The notes below the pieces were generated by a model. It searched no databases. It was not told the origin of the DNA and saw nothing but the letters and a program-made list of their open reading frames with translations. This document shows positions 32,404 to 44,001 of a DNA stretch of 44,001 nucleotides, in pieces. Each line of letters begins with the position of its first letter. Positions within the stretch are counted from its first letter, which is position 1. A program made the position numbers and the translations under genes. Source of the DNA: Octopus bimaculoides (lineage: Eukaryota); NCBI RefSeq assembly GCF_001194135.2, contig NC_068990.1, positions 9,318,554 to 9,362,554 on the forward strand, given 5' to 3'.

Positions 32404-34429
32404 TGTATGTATGTATGTATGTATGTATGTGTGCATGCATGCGTGTGTGTGTATGATTTTTCTTTTAAGTTTTATTTAAGTTCTTGAGAGAGTTCAAGCC
32501 GGTCGCTAACAAAGTGACCAGACGTTTTTAGTTAAGAGAGTTCCCGGTGTTTGTAAACATGTGGTTGAGTTGGTGTGTTGATTGAACTGTCGATGCACAA
32601 GCACACAAGCGTGTGCTTCTATTGACAGAAGAATCTCAGATGGAGAATTTTTGGAATGTCTAACAAATCTTCATTGTGTCACTAATAGACTGGAGTTGGA
32701 GAATCTGTGTTAGTTCTTGTTGCTCTTTTTTCGTGAAACCGAGTATTTCTAGGTTTTTGTCCAAAGTTATCAGTACATAACCTAATGCACTTATGATGAC
32801 AGGTAGAAATGAGAATTCATAGTCAGAGTACAAAAGCTGTAAGTCCCACATTAACTCGCCATAAATATTCTCTTTCTCTCGGACTTTTGATTATAATTTC
32901 AAATTCGCTGGGCAGTTGGCCTCTACAACAGTGTATGAGGAATATAATTTATTAAATATCATTTATCTAAATGGCAAGGTGGAAGAAAGCAAACTATAAC
33001 TGGGAGGATGTTCATATAGGCAACTCTTTTGATACCAACTCGCTCGAGGCGGCGCCCAATTCTATGGAACATACTTTATGTTTAAAGTGATCAAAATCAT
33101 AACCTTCCATCAAAATTCTACGTTAATTTAGGATCAGACACCAGCTTAATAACAAAGTTATTTCTTAAATTCTTCATTATTAAAATATAAATAACGTATG
33201 CATCAAAAGAACCTCGGTGCATTTCATAAGAAATATGGTAACAAAATGGTGAATGTGTGCGTGCTGGCCTCCCTACAATTGTTTAGCTATAATATTCAGA
33301 AGTACGTTTGTAATTTCTTGCAGAGAAAAGTCAATGGGGTCATATAAATTACTTAACTACATTTAATAATTTGTGAAACTATTTTGCTGCAAATGCAGTC
33401 TCGAAATAATTTGTGCGTGTGTAGAGAAGTATGCAATGTTATGTTCTTATATGTGTCTATGCGAGATTTACTCGCAAAAGAATTAAATCGTTGACGACTA
33501 TTTTGATGCAATAGCTATGTTAAATCATTTGATTTAATTGTAAGAATTCGTAGGAATCTATTTTTACATTTTGTGCATATACAAACGCATCTGTATGTAG
33601 AGAAGTGACAAGTAGTACAAATTATTCACACGGATATCCATATAATATTTTAAACTTCTGTGAATCTATATTGATGAAAGTATTTAATTCTGTCTATGTG
33701 CATATGTTAAAGTAAACACAGGCACATTTATAACTATATGTAGAGAAATATTAGCAAATATATTTTATGGAATATTTCACGTATAAATAGCTACAAATTC
33801 TATTTGCTAGCAAACTGAACAAGCTTTGAAAGAGTTATAGTTAACCTCCACTTTACGCACACACACAAGCATACACATGCGCACACATTTACATACGTAC
33901 TGAATTTCAACACATATATACTGCCGAAGTGGAGAAGAGCATGTGTGATAGTGCGAGTGAGTGAACGTTTGTATGTGTTTGTGTTTGTGTTTGTTTGTGT
34001 GCGCGCGCGTGTATGTGCATGTATTGCGTGCACTCTCTGAAGACTCATATCTACCTTAATTTCTCTTCAAAGATGGAACTAATAACTTCTATCATCTTTT
34101 ACCTTGGAATTCCTATATAATTCAACAATGGAACTGCAAACGGATGTTATTGGTCACCAAGAATTTCATCAATTCTTCGACCACGGAACTACCAACTAAT
34201 ATTATATCTACTTTGGGCATTCTTTAGTTATTCAACGAACTGCTAACTACTTATATCCTTCTCTAATGATATTCTTTATTTAATTCTCGCTCTCCGATGC
34301 TTAGCTTACGTGGAAATTCTTGCTCAATAACACGTTCTCCATGCTTATGTATTCTAGAAACAGTTGTAAGAGACTACGTATTTATTATAACTATTTTGCA
34401 CAATATTTAAATTACAAATTATGAATTAA

Positions 34430-35480
34430 AGGCTCTAAAGTAATACCGCATGTTTCGCTTGCCTGGTTGTGTCCAGCGAGAGTGTTGGTGTTAGAAAGGA
34501 AAGAGCCAATATGATAACGGGAAGGGAACAGGTAAGGGATCCGAGAGAGAGACGGTGTGTTAGTAAGGCGGTACTGTTGATGAGAAGATGTATAGGTTGC
34601 AAGCGCACACGAAGAAAGGACAGGAAATATAGCAAGGTCAAAATGAAGGAAGGTACGTTGAAAGGGTAGGATGGCTGGGGGGTAAGTGAAAGGAAAGAAG
34701 TTGCGGCGGATTGGATTCTAGGCACGGGAAAGGGCAGCTTGGATAAGGGCGAATGGACAGTCATATCGAATGAATAGACTGGTCATGTGTTCAGCCTGGC
34801 TCTCAAAGACGTGGTTGCAATTGCAGAAGAGGTGGAGACAGAGGGACTGAAAATAGGGATGGTATGTTTGGAGTAGGTGTGGTGGGCGAATGAAAAGTCA
34901 AGGTAGGAGTGAGAGCTGGTGGGTTTGTAGAAAACAGAAGTGGACAAAATAAGGGCCGGATGGTTGCTAGAGACGGTAATTCGAGAGAATTAAGATAGGT
35001 ATCAGAGATGGTGGAAGTAAAACAGGGAGACGTCTGAAAGGAGCATGAATGTGTAGATGTGTATATGCATATCCGTACATAATATACGCATATACTCTGA
35101 CACAAATTTACTGATATATATCCACCGTTATATTTTAGAGAAGGTTCTTTATCGGCGATTAAAGGGTCATGATCACTGATGTCAATATGCGTGAATGCAT
35201 AATCTTCTTTAGGATTTAAGGTGTGGAACAAGTCTATAATAGCGTCGGTTACATAGTGTTGTTTAGGAGTGTACGGAAATAGGAAAAACTATTGGCTATT
35301 GGCTATTTGACTACAGGATGATATTATGTAGAATTTTCTTGCTGAATTTTCTTGATTTTGGTTTGGTAGGATTTATTAATCTGGTGGAGAGGTTACTGTT
35401 GAAGTTGTCTTTCTCACTGTAAAGGAAAATTATTGCTTTTGGAGTTTTGTAACAGGGAAAGAAATCAATAATATCAAAAT
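34430..35480 (-). mobile_element. Possible highly degenerate Penelope-like retroelement remnant
   Basis: LNPKEDYAFTHIDISDHDPLIADKE resembles the PLE pre-RT motif NL..EE..AL..L...D.II..ADKG. It is followed by a long C/T-rich tail and ends in an LTR-like gcgaaacatgc. Confidence 0.3.
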
Positions 35481-36549
35481 CCGTTAATTTATACAGATGA
35501 TCATTACTAACATTATTAGAATATTTCGTAACGATTTAAAAGTAAGTTTTTAAAATTTTAACGATTAGTGTCTCTTAATAGTTTTGATAACGACTCCTAA
35601 TTGACTTTTAATAAGACTAAGAAATCTAGTTATTGGGTTGCTGGAAAATTAGTTTTATGGTTCTTAAAAGTGATATATTGTGTATAGTGTACTATGATTT
35701 CAACGCTCTTTTCTATATTTGAATTAGTGATGATCTCTTCAGCTTCTAATTCTGATGTAACTTTATTACTTTTTTTGCAAATAACTATAATATTATTGGA
35801 TAAAAAATATTTGTATTATGGGACAATCTATTTCATTTAATGATTTTGTTTTTTATTGAATGTAGAAATTTATTTTTGGAGTCATTGAAACTTTTCAATT
35901 TGTGCTTAAGGATTTTTTAAAAATTACTTTTATAACTAAATTTAAGATATTCATTTGAAATGACTCCAATAATTTGTTTTGAGGAGACACTTTAGAGTTT
36001 TGAAACCGAACTAATTTCAATCGATAACTCAGTATCTTTTTTAGTGGTTTAGCGGTGTTTCAAAATTATTGTTTTAGCAACATCGGTTCAGTGGATGTAA
36101 CTGTTCATTTAATATTTTCCTGAGGTGATCGTGATATTTTTCGTTGAAAAATTCAGCGGGTACTGTTCATACTTTTTTTGGTTTTCATAAAATTCTGAAG
36201 TAGTAAATCAGTCTTAGTAGAAGAGTAGATGCCTGCTTGTGCATGCACGATGAGAAAAAAGTACTTCGCAGAAATTGCAGAGTGATATATTTAATTGAAG
36301 ATGAAACTTCACAATTGTTGCTCTGAGTTCCATCTTTTAGATCCTCAGGCATTTGTGACGGTAACAATGAACAGGTTATTGTATACATAAGATTTGAAAT
36401 GGCACTGGTATTCAGCAAATTATTTGAAAATAGACTAGAAATAGGATTATGATTGGTTATAAAAATCTTACCAAATTATTGTTGACGTATACTTGAAAAT
36501 ATATGTCAAAAATACATGTAATGTGAAGTATGTAAAGGGTTTATCCCGA

Positions 36550-36592
<43 letters not shown>

Positions 36593-36593
<1 letters not shown>

Positions 36594-36930
36594 TTTGCCT
36601 GTTTCAGTCATTTGACTGTGGCCATGCTGCAGCACCACCTTAAAATTTTAGTCGAATGTATCGACACCAATACTTACCCTACTGGTCTCTTTCGGCCGAA
36701 CTACTACGCCACAGAGACGTAAACACACTAACATCGGTTGTCAAGCGGTGGTGGGGGACAAACACAGACACAAAGATACACACTGATATATATATATATA
36801 TGCATACATACGACAGGCTTCTTTCAGTTTCCGTCTACCACATCCACTCACAAGGCTTTGACTGGCCCGAGTCCATAGTAGAAGACAGTTGCCCAAGGTG
36901 CCACGCAGTAGGACTGAACCCTGAACCATG
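36593..36930 (-). mobile_element. SINE family A copy, CpGs retained
   Basis: gtttcagtcatttgactgtggccatgc...ctctttcggccgaac...ccgtctacca...ccaaggtgccacgcagtaggactgaacc. Confidence 0.85.
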
Positions 36931-37169
36931 TATATATATATTTTTACCAAACTTGGTGTGCTGACGTAACGTGATGCAGAAGCAGCATATCTCAAATTTC
37001 AGCTTTCAAGTTTAAGTAGTTTAGAAGTTATAGAGTTTTTAATTTGTTACCACTTAGGCCCTACTTTAAGAGATTTCCTCTTCCTCTCCTTTTTTATTTC
37101 TGTGACGCTAAAAACTCTGACTATATTAACTGTTTTTCAGAATAGTAGGCTTATCCAACGAAACTATCT

Positions 37170-38919
37170 AAAAAATGTCTCATAAGTGCTTGTGTCACTC
37201 AAAGAAACAAATAGATTTGGACGAAGAATCTCGTGCAATTTCAATACTCACATAGGAAAAGAAGACCGGTTCCTCTAGAAGCGCATTCTTTGGAAAACAA
37301 CTGCAGGATACCAATGAAACCTCAAATTGTCGGTTGCTACCTCTTCAAAGGAAGGGAAGAAAGAAGAAAGGAAATTTCGAAAGAAGTAACTTTATTTTTA
37401 TGGAAAAAGAAATTAAATTTCCCATATTTATCAATTCAATATACACAAGCAAAAGTAAAAAAAAAATGTGCTGAATACCTATGATAAATGTATAAAACGA
37501 GGAAAATACAATTCATTGAAAGAAATTTTTGACATCACAAAAGAAAACGGTGAATGGCTGTGCAGTGAGAACAGAAGGTTATATTATCTTCAAATTGAAA
37601 GCAAGAGACTGGTTGGGTATGAAACTGGAAAAGCAGCCAGTTCCAAACTATCCATCCACCCCAAAGAAGAAAAGTGTCCTTAATGCCAACTTCAACCAGA
37701 GCAACTCCAGTGTTATTCTCAACGTCTGAAGCAGAGACTGAAAGTGAATATTAAGAGTCCGAAAAATCCGATGAAGAATCCACACAAACAAGGAGGAAGT
37801 ATAGCAAAACTGGAGCTGCAATCAAGTTAGTAATATCTACCAAGCTATCAACCCTAAAAGTAGCAACAGTTTGTCGACTATTATCTCAAGATGAATCCAA
37901 TGTCGAGACTCCTTCTCAATCTGGTATTTACAGATCAACTATCAAAGAAACTAAAAAGGAAAATGAAGAAAACACTACATTTAGAAAACTGGTCATTGCA
38001 TTTTGATGGTAAACGCATTGATGACCAAGAATACCAAGTGCTAGTTATAAAGAATAAACAGAGAAAAGTTAAGTTAGAAGCACTCCAATTACCAAAGGGA
38101 AAAGCCGATACTGTTGTGAAAGGAATAACAGCTGTTTTAGAGGAATACAATTTATGGAACTGTGTAAAGATGATTGTCGCTGATATAACGAGTGTGAACA
38201 TTAGGAACAGAAATGGCATTGTCATTCAGTTGCAAAGACTGTTTGCTCAAAAGGGTTTCAAAGAACCGCAATTTATTGGTTGTCAGCATCATATCCTTGA
38301 TAGAGTTCTTCGTGTTGTAATGGATAACGAACTTAGAGAAAAAAAGTAATTTCCCAATACTGAATATACATTCATCTCTGAGCTTTTAAGTAATTACGAG
38401 AAACTCCAGGTTAATTTCAACAACGGTGAAGAAAAGATTATTGAATCAGTAGGATGGCGAGATGACATGACATTTCTATTTCATTTGATCAGAGTTTATC
38501 GTTTCTTTGAAGAAACCGGCAAATTTCCTACTGTAAAGTTTCAAAAAATACCCAACTTAAGTAAGGCAAAGTGGAATTCTCGAACAATACTAACTCTTTT
38601 AGCATTTATTCTTCTACCAGAGAAGAGTTTTGCTTCTTAATGCTTGTCGATTCACCTCTTACAGCTGGGCAGAGTCTTGGTCTACTGACCAAATGTCCAA
38701 TTCACATGAGTACCAGAAGTTATGTGGTAGTCTGAAAGTTCATAAAAAAAGCATTGAACTCTGTAAAAAAACTTTTGGAGTCGAGAACCATCAAAACTGA
38801 AAATTCCCAGAACAAATCAGAGTGCAGGACGGGCAATGAAGTGCCTTCAAGATCTTTATGATGTTTTCAAAAAGGAGAAACTTCAGCTTAGATTTATTCT
38901 ATCTGACAAAACATATTAA
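37170..38919 (+). pseudogene. Decayed hAT-like (hATm-type) DDE transposase
   Basis: Collinear frameshifted fragments: EVTLFLWKK.LNFP, EIFDIT...WL, SLHFDGK (first D), VADITSVN (second D), GCQHHILD (CxxH), AKWNSR, and PRTNQSAGRAMK (catalytic E position mutated). Subgroup assignment is from memory. Confidence 0.75.
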
Positions 38920-41729
38920 TTCTTTGTTATGTTTAAAAATTTGCTAACATTCAGCACCCCTTTTCTTATGCTGTTATCTAAAATTAGAATTAAACCTATA
39001 AAGTTAAAAATATGCATTGTTTTTAATTTTGTATGTTATCGAATGCTTGTAGTGGCCTCTGTCTTAAAACAGCCTAGTTTTGATAAATAAGAAATAGTGG
39101 TACAACAAGGCACCAATGTTTGCTGCAAAAAATAGTCGATAACGATTCGACGCTATGTAAAGCTTCACTGAAATGTATACTGGCAAAGATATATGGAGGC
39201 AGTGAACTTTAAAAATGTTCGTCTTACTTCTAGGAAGAACATCGGAAAATGGACTACCTAGAGTGGATAATCTAGGACCCGAGTTTCGGACTTTCCAAAA
39301 TACGTTTGTCATCGTAAATTTGATTAGTCCTCGTCATCCAGATTCACCCGAGACGAAATTTTAAAATATCCTTAATGATATCGAAAAGGAAAAGAATTAT
39401 GGCAAAATCGTTATTTGCTGGTATTTTAATGGAATCTTTATATCCAATGATTTCAACCTTAAGAAAGTGAAAATGAAACTAGAAATAACTTCATAGTTAG
39501 AATTAATTAATATTCTATTTTGCTCTGTTTTGGCCTCCCAATACTTGAAAGAATCTTAAGAATGCCGTCCTGGTATTCAACATGTTTTGGGCGCCTAAAT
39601 ATGGTTGCACCTATCTCTGTAGTAAGGTACAGTATTCATCGGCACCGAAGGATGAAAATCAAAGTTGATTTCGATGGGATTTAAATCCACTCTTGGCATA
39701 GAGATTAAGAGCGAATACCACAAACATTTGTATTCGATGCTCTAACGACTCATTATACTTTGCTTATGTGCCACGTATATGAATCATTCCATAGTAAATT
39801 CTGTGTAGAGGAATGCACTGTGCCATGCTCTCTTGAGATATCGCACAAAACTTCCCAGATGGAGACAAAAGGAACAACAGATCTAAGTAGTCGCTCGATC
39901 TATCAGATTGTTATGTCTCAAGCTACTGTTATCTAGCACCTTCGGATGATCGCTACTCAACCGCTACACAACTGCTACTCGACTGCTACTCAACACTCCT
40001 ACCACGGCCAGACTACTTCTATTTATATGTCTTGGGAGATCCTACCTCTTCGCCTGGGGGCGTCGACACAACAGATATAGCAGCCAAATTACAATTCACA
40101 GTCTTAAAGATGGATTCATGAAAATAGGAATGGTCACGGCTGGAATGCCTTTAATCATAAGTTTGTTTACTCAAGCATTAACAACATCACCAGGAACATT
40201 AAATATGTGTCATCCTCCAACAGGCGAATAGTATTCAACTATTGAACTGCAGATCAGTGAATAATTTAGATTATAGCTTAATTATAGTTAGCAAATAACG
40301 ATTATGTCGAGTAATTAACAGTTTCAAATTTATTTCCTGAAAGATCACAAGTTTGTGATTTGCATAATGAATTGGAACCTGTTTTGACATCGTACTAAAC
40401 AAGTAAGAGCTAACCTTATTAGTGAATCAAAATAAAATTTTAATCAGTCGAAATTGTGTTTGGAGTGAGAAGAGAACTCAAAAAAGTTTACTTAATTAAA
40501 AACTAAACATATCCACTGGGTATCTTCATTTCGTATTTTTTTTAAAAATCCGTTTAGGTTTCGGAGCTCTTGATAAGGATTTTTTAATTCTCTTAACGAG
40601 TGCAATTTCGATTGATTTAACATTATCTTACACTTACACTTAACTATAAGCTCTTGAGGCAGAAATCATACTTGAGAAGTTTTTCTGTCATTGATTATAA
40701 ATAACCTGAGGTGGTTCAGTTTGAAAAAATACATTAGTTTTAGCAAGGTTGGGAAGGATTTTGCCATATTTAAATCAGTAAAGCGGGTAGGGTTGTATTT
40801 AGGCTGGAGTAAGTTTGACAAACTTTTATTGATGGATTTTGTAAAAAAAAAAAAGAAACAAAATAAAAATAAAAAATTAAAGATTCCTTGAACCAAGAAA
40901 ATAATTTTCTTGTTTAAAGTAGCATATTAAAGAGAATTCCTTATTCTTTACGAAAATGTTCTGGATATAATCAATGTCTTAGAAACGCATTTACGGAACA
41001 TTGCTTTTGAAGATTTTCCAATATAATTAAATTAAAACCCACTGCACAAGCGATAGTGATGCAGTCTCCAATTCCAAGCAGTATATGCACTTTTTGTTCT
41101 TTTGAAAAAAGAAAGAAAGAAAGAAATAATGCTTTCATGCTATTTCAGGAAGAACCGAAATAAATTTTATAGCCATTCAGAATATACAAGAGGAAGGTTA
41201 TTTATTTTTACTGTTTTGAAGTTAAGTGAAGAGAGAAAAAAAAAAACTCAGTAAGAACAACAAACTTACAACAAAACAAAATATAAAATAAACAGCAACA
41301 AAAATTACTAACAAGGACAGCAAAAGCAGCAGCGGCAGCAGCCAATAAGAAAAAGACAAGAGTAACCCATAAGAATCAGCATCACTTATAAACCTTGAGG
41401 GAATTACTATTTTGCTTATCCTAGGAAGATTGTATGATGAAAATACAAGAAATGTTAATCCGGTACGCACGGTCTCTGAGCAGATAATTTTTCAGGGAAA
41501 TATTTTGTTGTTCATCAATTTGCTAGCGTAAACGTCAAATGAAATGGACGGACTATTGTCGAAGAACCAGTTTAGTTATTGACCTCTGAATTCCTCCACC
41601 TTCAAGCAAGAATACACTAGAGTGGTTGTCAATTTCCTTCTCGAGGCACGTGGGATGATTTAAACCCATCTCTGCAAGCTAATAAACGATCGATCGAATA
41701 TAAGGTGTTACGTTATAAAGCTTGTCATT

Positions 41730-41732
<3 letters not shown>

Positions 41733-41772
<40 letters not shown>
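41733..41772. repeat. (GA)n microsatellite
   Basis: Read directly from the sequence. Confidence 0.97.
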
Positions 41773-41775
<3 letters not shown>

Positions 41776-41782
41776 AAAAGAA

Positions 41783-41980
41783 GGGGCCAAGCTGCACAGA
41801 AAAATGCCTTGCGGTGTTTGTACTAGTTCTTTACGTTCTGCGTTCAAATCTCGCCGAAGTTAGCATTGCTTTCGTCAGTCCAGGATTGATAAAATGAAGT
41901 ATAAGTCAAGTACTGTGTTCAATGTAATCGATTAACCCCTCCCCTCAAAGCTACTAGTTTTGTGCCGGAATTAGAAACAC
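41783..41980 (+). mobile_element. SINE family B copy
   Basis: aaaatgccttgcgg...ttacgttctgcgttcaaatctcgccgaagt...gattgataaaatgaagta...ttgtgccggaattagaaac. More decayed copies lie at ~27935-28090 (+) and ~39605-39740 (-). Confidence 0.7.
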
Positions 41981-42426
41981 CTGTTAATGTTTTTAAGAAA
42001 GAACTCCATAAATACCTCCAACTTGAATTGTTTCTTGTTTAAAAATCTGAAACCTTGAAGCGAATCATATAGTTTTGAAAATAATGTTTGATTTACAACA
42101 AATGCAAATCAGATTAAGATTAATGAGAACCGAAGAAAGAGCATAACTGAATCTTTTTTTAAGTATAACAAATGTCAACTGTTGGCAAAAAAATTACCAT
42201 TGGTAGGACACTGGCATTGATTAACAAATCCATTTTAAATATACATTTACAAAATCAAATCTATTTAATAAGAAACGAGACTATTTACAAAGTTATAACT
42301 GAAGTGAATTAGTTAACTAACAGTAAGGTACTGACGATATTCGATTTCGATAGAACACAGTAGTTTCCAATTATAGCAGAATTGATATCTTTTAATCGAA
42401 ATTAGTCTGTTATTTTGTTGAAACTA

Positions 42427-43428
42427 TTAGGTTGTCAAGAAAGTTCTTGCGGAATTTTAAATTTTGGTTTTAAATGATGTATTTTCAAATTAATTTTCGT
42501 CAAACTACTTTGACTTTATATATAATTTTAAAGCCCGTTTTTCGCTCTATCTAAACGTGTTACTCTTTTTCTTTTTGAATAATTAGGCCCTTTTTCCGGA
42601 ACGTTGAATACAACATGGACAAAAAGCAAAATTCGCACAATTTTCTTATTACAGTTCAAGCTAGGTCAAAAAGCTGCTGAAACAGCTCGCGATATCAACG
42701 ATGCGTTTGGCCCAAGAACCACTAATGAACGCACAGCACAATGGTGGTTCAAGAAATTTCGTAACGGTTACGAGAGTCTTGAAGATGATAAGCGTAGTGG
42801 TCGGCCATCGGATGTTGAAAACGATCAACTAAGAGCCTTAGTGGAAGCCAATCCACGCACAACTGTTNNNNNNNNNNCACCAGAAGAAGGTCATGGTGAC
42901 TGTTTGGTGGTCTGCGGCCGGTCTCATCCATCACAGCTTTTTGGATCCAGGCGAAACCATTACGGCGGAGAAGTAGTGTCAGCAAATGGATGAAATGCAT
43001 AAGAAACTCCGACAACAGCCAGCTTTGGTCAATAGAAAAGGACCAATTCTTCTCCATGACAACGCTCGGCCGCATGTCGCACAACTGACCCTGGAGAACT
43101 TGAACGAATTGGGCTACGAAACTCTGCCTCATCCGCCATAGTCACCAGACCTCTCACCTACCGACTACCACTTTTCCAAGCATCTCGACAACTTCCTGCG
43201 TGAGAAATGCTTCAAAAACCAAGACGATGCCAAACACGCCTTCAATAACTTCATCGCCATCAGAACGCAGGATTTTTACGCTACTGGCATAAATAAACTT
43301 GTTTCGCGTTGGCAAAGGTGTGTTGATTCTGATGGTGTTTATTTCAATGAACAAAGTTTTGTTTGAGCCGAGATATGTGCATCTGAATTTAAAGGTTGAA
43401 AACCGCAAGAACTTTCTTGACAACCTAA
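42427..43428 (+). mobile_element. Mariner (DD34D, Hsmar1/cecropia-like) transposon
   Basis: Perfect 26-bp TIRs (ttaggttgtcaagaaagttcttgcgg / ccgcaagaactttcttgacaacctaa) with TA on both sides. The middle of the element is lost in a 10-N gap. Confidence 0.97.
42615..43366 (+). pseudogene. Mariner transposase pseudogene
   Basis: MDKKQ(+1 frameshift)IRTIFLLQFKLGQKAAETARDINDAFG...RSGRP; after the gap HQKKVMVTVWWSAAGLIH...LLHDNARPH...HPP*SPDLSPTDYH...GINKLVSRWQRCV. Two premature TAG stops. Confidence 0.95.
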
Positions 43429-43914
43429 TATAATTAGGAACCGACATGGAAAACCTCTATGGCTCACTGGACCTGTTAGAAACAACAGCTAAAATGTCGG
43501 TCAAATGACAGACTAACTTCAGAAATAAAAGGTAGTTCTTGATATGCAAAAGGACATGCTGGTCCTGACAGGAACCATTTTGATAATAGGTTTACTCGAT
43601 CAGTGTTTTCTGTGCTAAACACCAACAGCAAGAACTTGCTGAAGTGGTAAAAGCTATTACTTGGAACAACTAATCAGAGGCTCCGCAACAACATACTCAC
43701 TTACTTACCACAACCTTTGTTTAAAACATTTAATCTGAACACGACTGTATGTATGCCTGAGAGGCTGGTTATTAGTTATTTCTTTTACACATGAAATATA
43801 TCCACTTTATACATAATAATTAAATACGCCGTTAGAGAACTGTTGACCATGAAATTGGCCAACAGACGAGAAAACCTGGTAAATAAAATATTTGATCATC
43901 TACTCGCATATTCA

Positions 43915-44001
43915 CATACATACATACATACATACACACATACATACATACATACATACATACATACATACATACATAATATATATATATATATATATAT
44001 A
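43915..44001. repeat. (CATA)n/(TA)n microsatellite
   Basis: Read directly from the sequence. Confidence 0.97.

Larger units (their letters stand above)
32116..32430. repeat. Two (TATG)n arms flanking the Penelope-like unit
   Basis: Arms at 32116-32176 and 32374-32430. Confidence 0.95.

Noticed and set aside
41222-41470. Hydrophobic 82-aa minus-strand ORF
   Set aside because: It comes from A-rich and (CAG)/(AAC) low-complexity sequence and has no splice or homology support.

Overview
AT-rich eukaryotic DNA, dense in microsatellites and SINEs, from a gapped scaffold. The repeat families look cephalopod, most likely Octopus (inference). The only confidently identified host gene is the 3' end of an SLC19A-family thiamine/folate transporter on the + strand: a 142-nt penultimate exon at 8941-9082 and the last coding exon at 15660-15773. 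Its upstream exons are not visible. Most of the rest is transposon debris. DNA transposons: a Merlin (ISXO2/IS1595-type) element in the last SLC19A intron, a 5' half maT/DD37D-like element, an Hsmar1-like mariner with perfect 26-bp TIRs, a decayed hAT-like (hATm-type) transposase, and hAT, pogo and mariner MITEs. Retro-elements: RTE LINE remnants, several tRNA-SINE families, a probable solo LTR and Penelope-like remnants. The best leads are three. (1) A minimal type-I hammerhead ribozyme in a ~200-bp Penelope-LTR-like unit inserted in a (TATG)n tract, plus a second decayed hammerhead. (2) A possible unannotated minus-strand gene (signal-peptide exon plus 18-nt microexon) starting at a CpG-rich CCAAT/TATA region near 26 kb. 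(3) A sharp CpG-depletion boundary near 22 kb. No tRNA, rRNA or CRISPR arrays were found. All calls were made by eye, with no database searches, and many TE boundaries are approximate.
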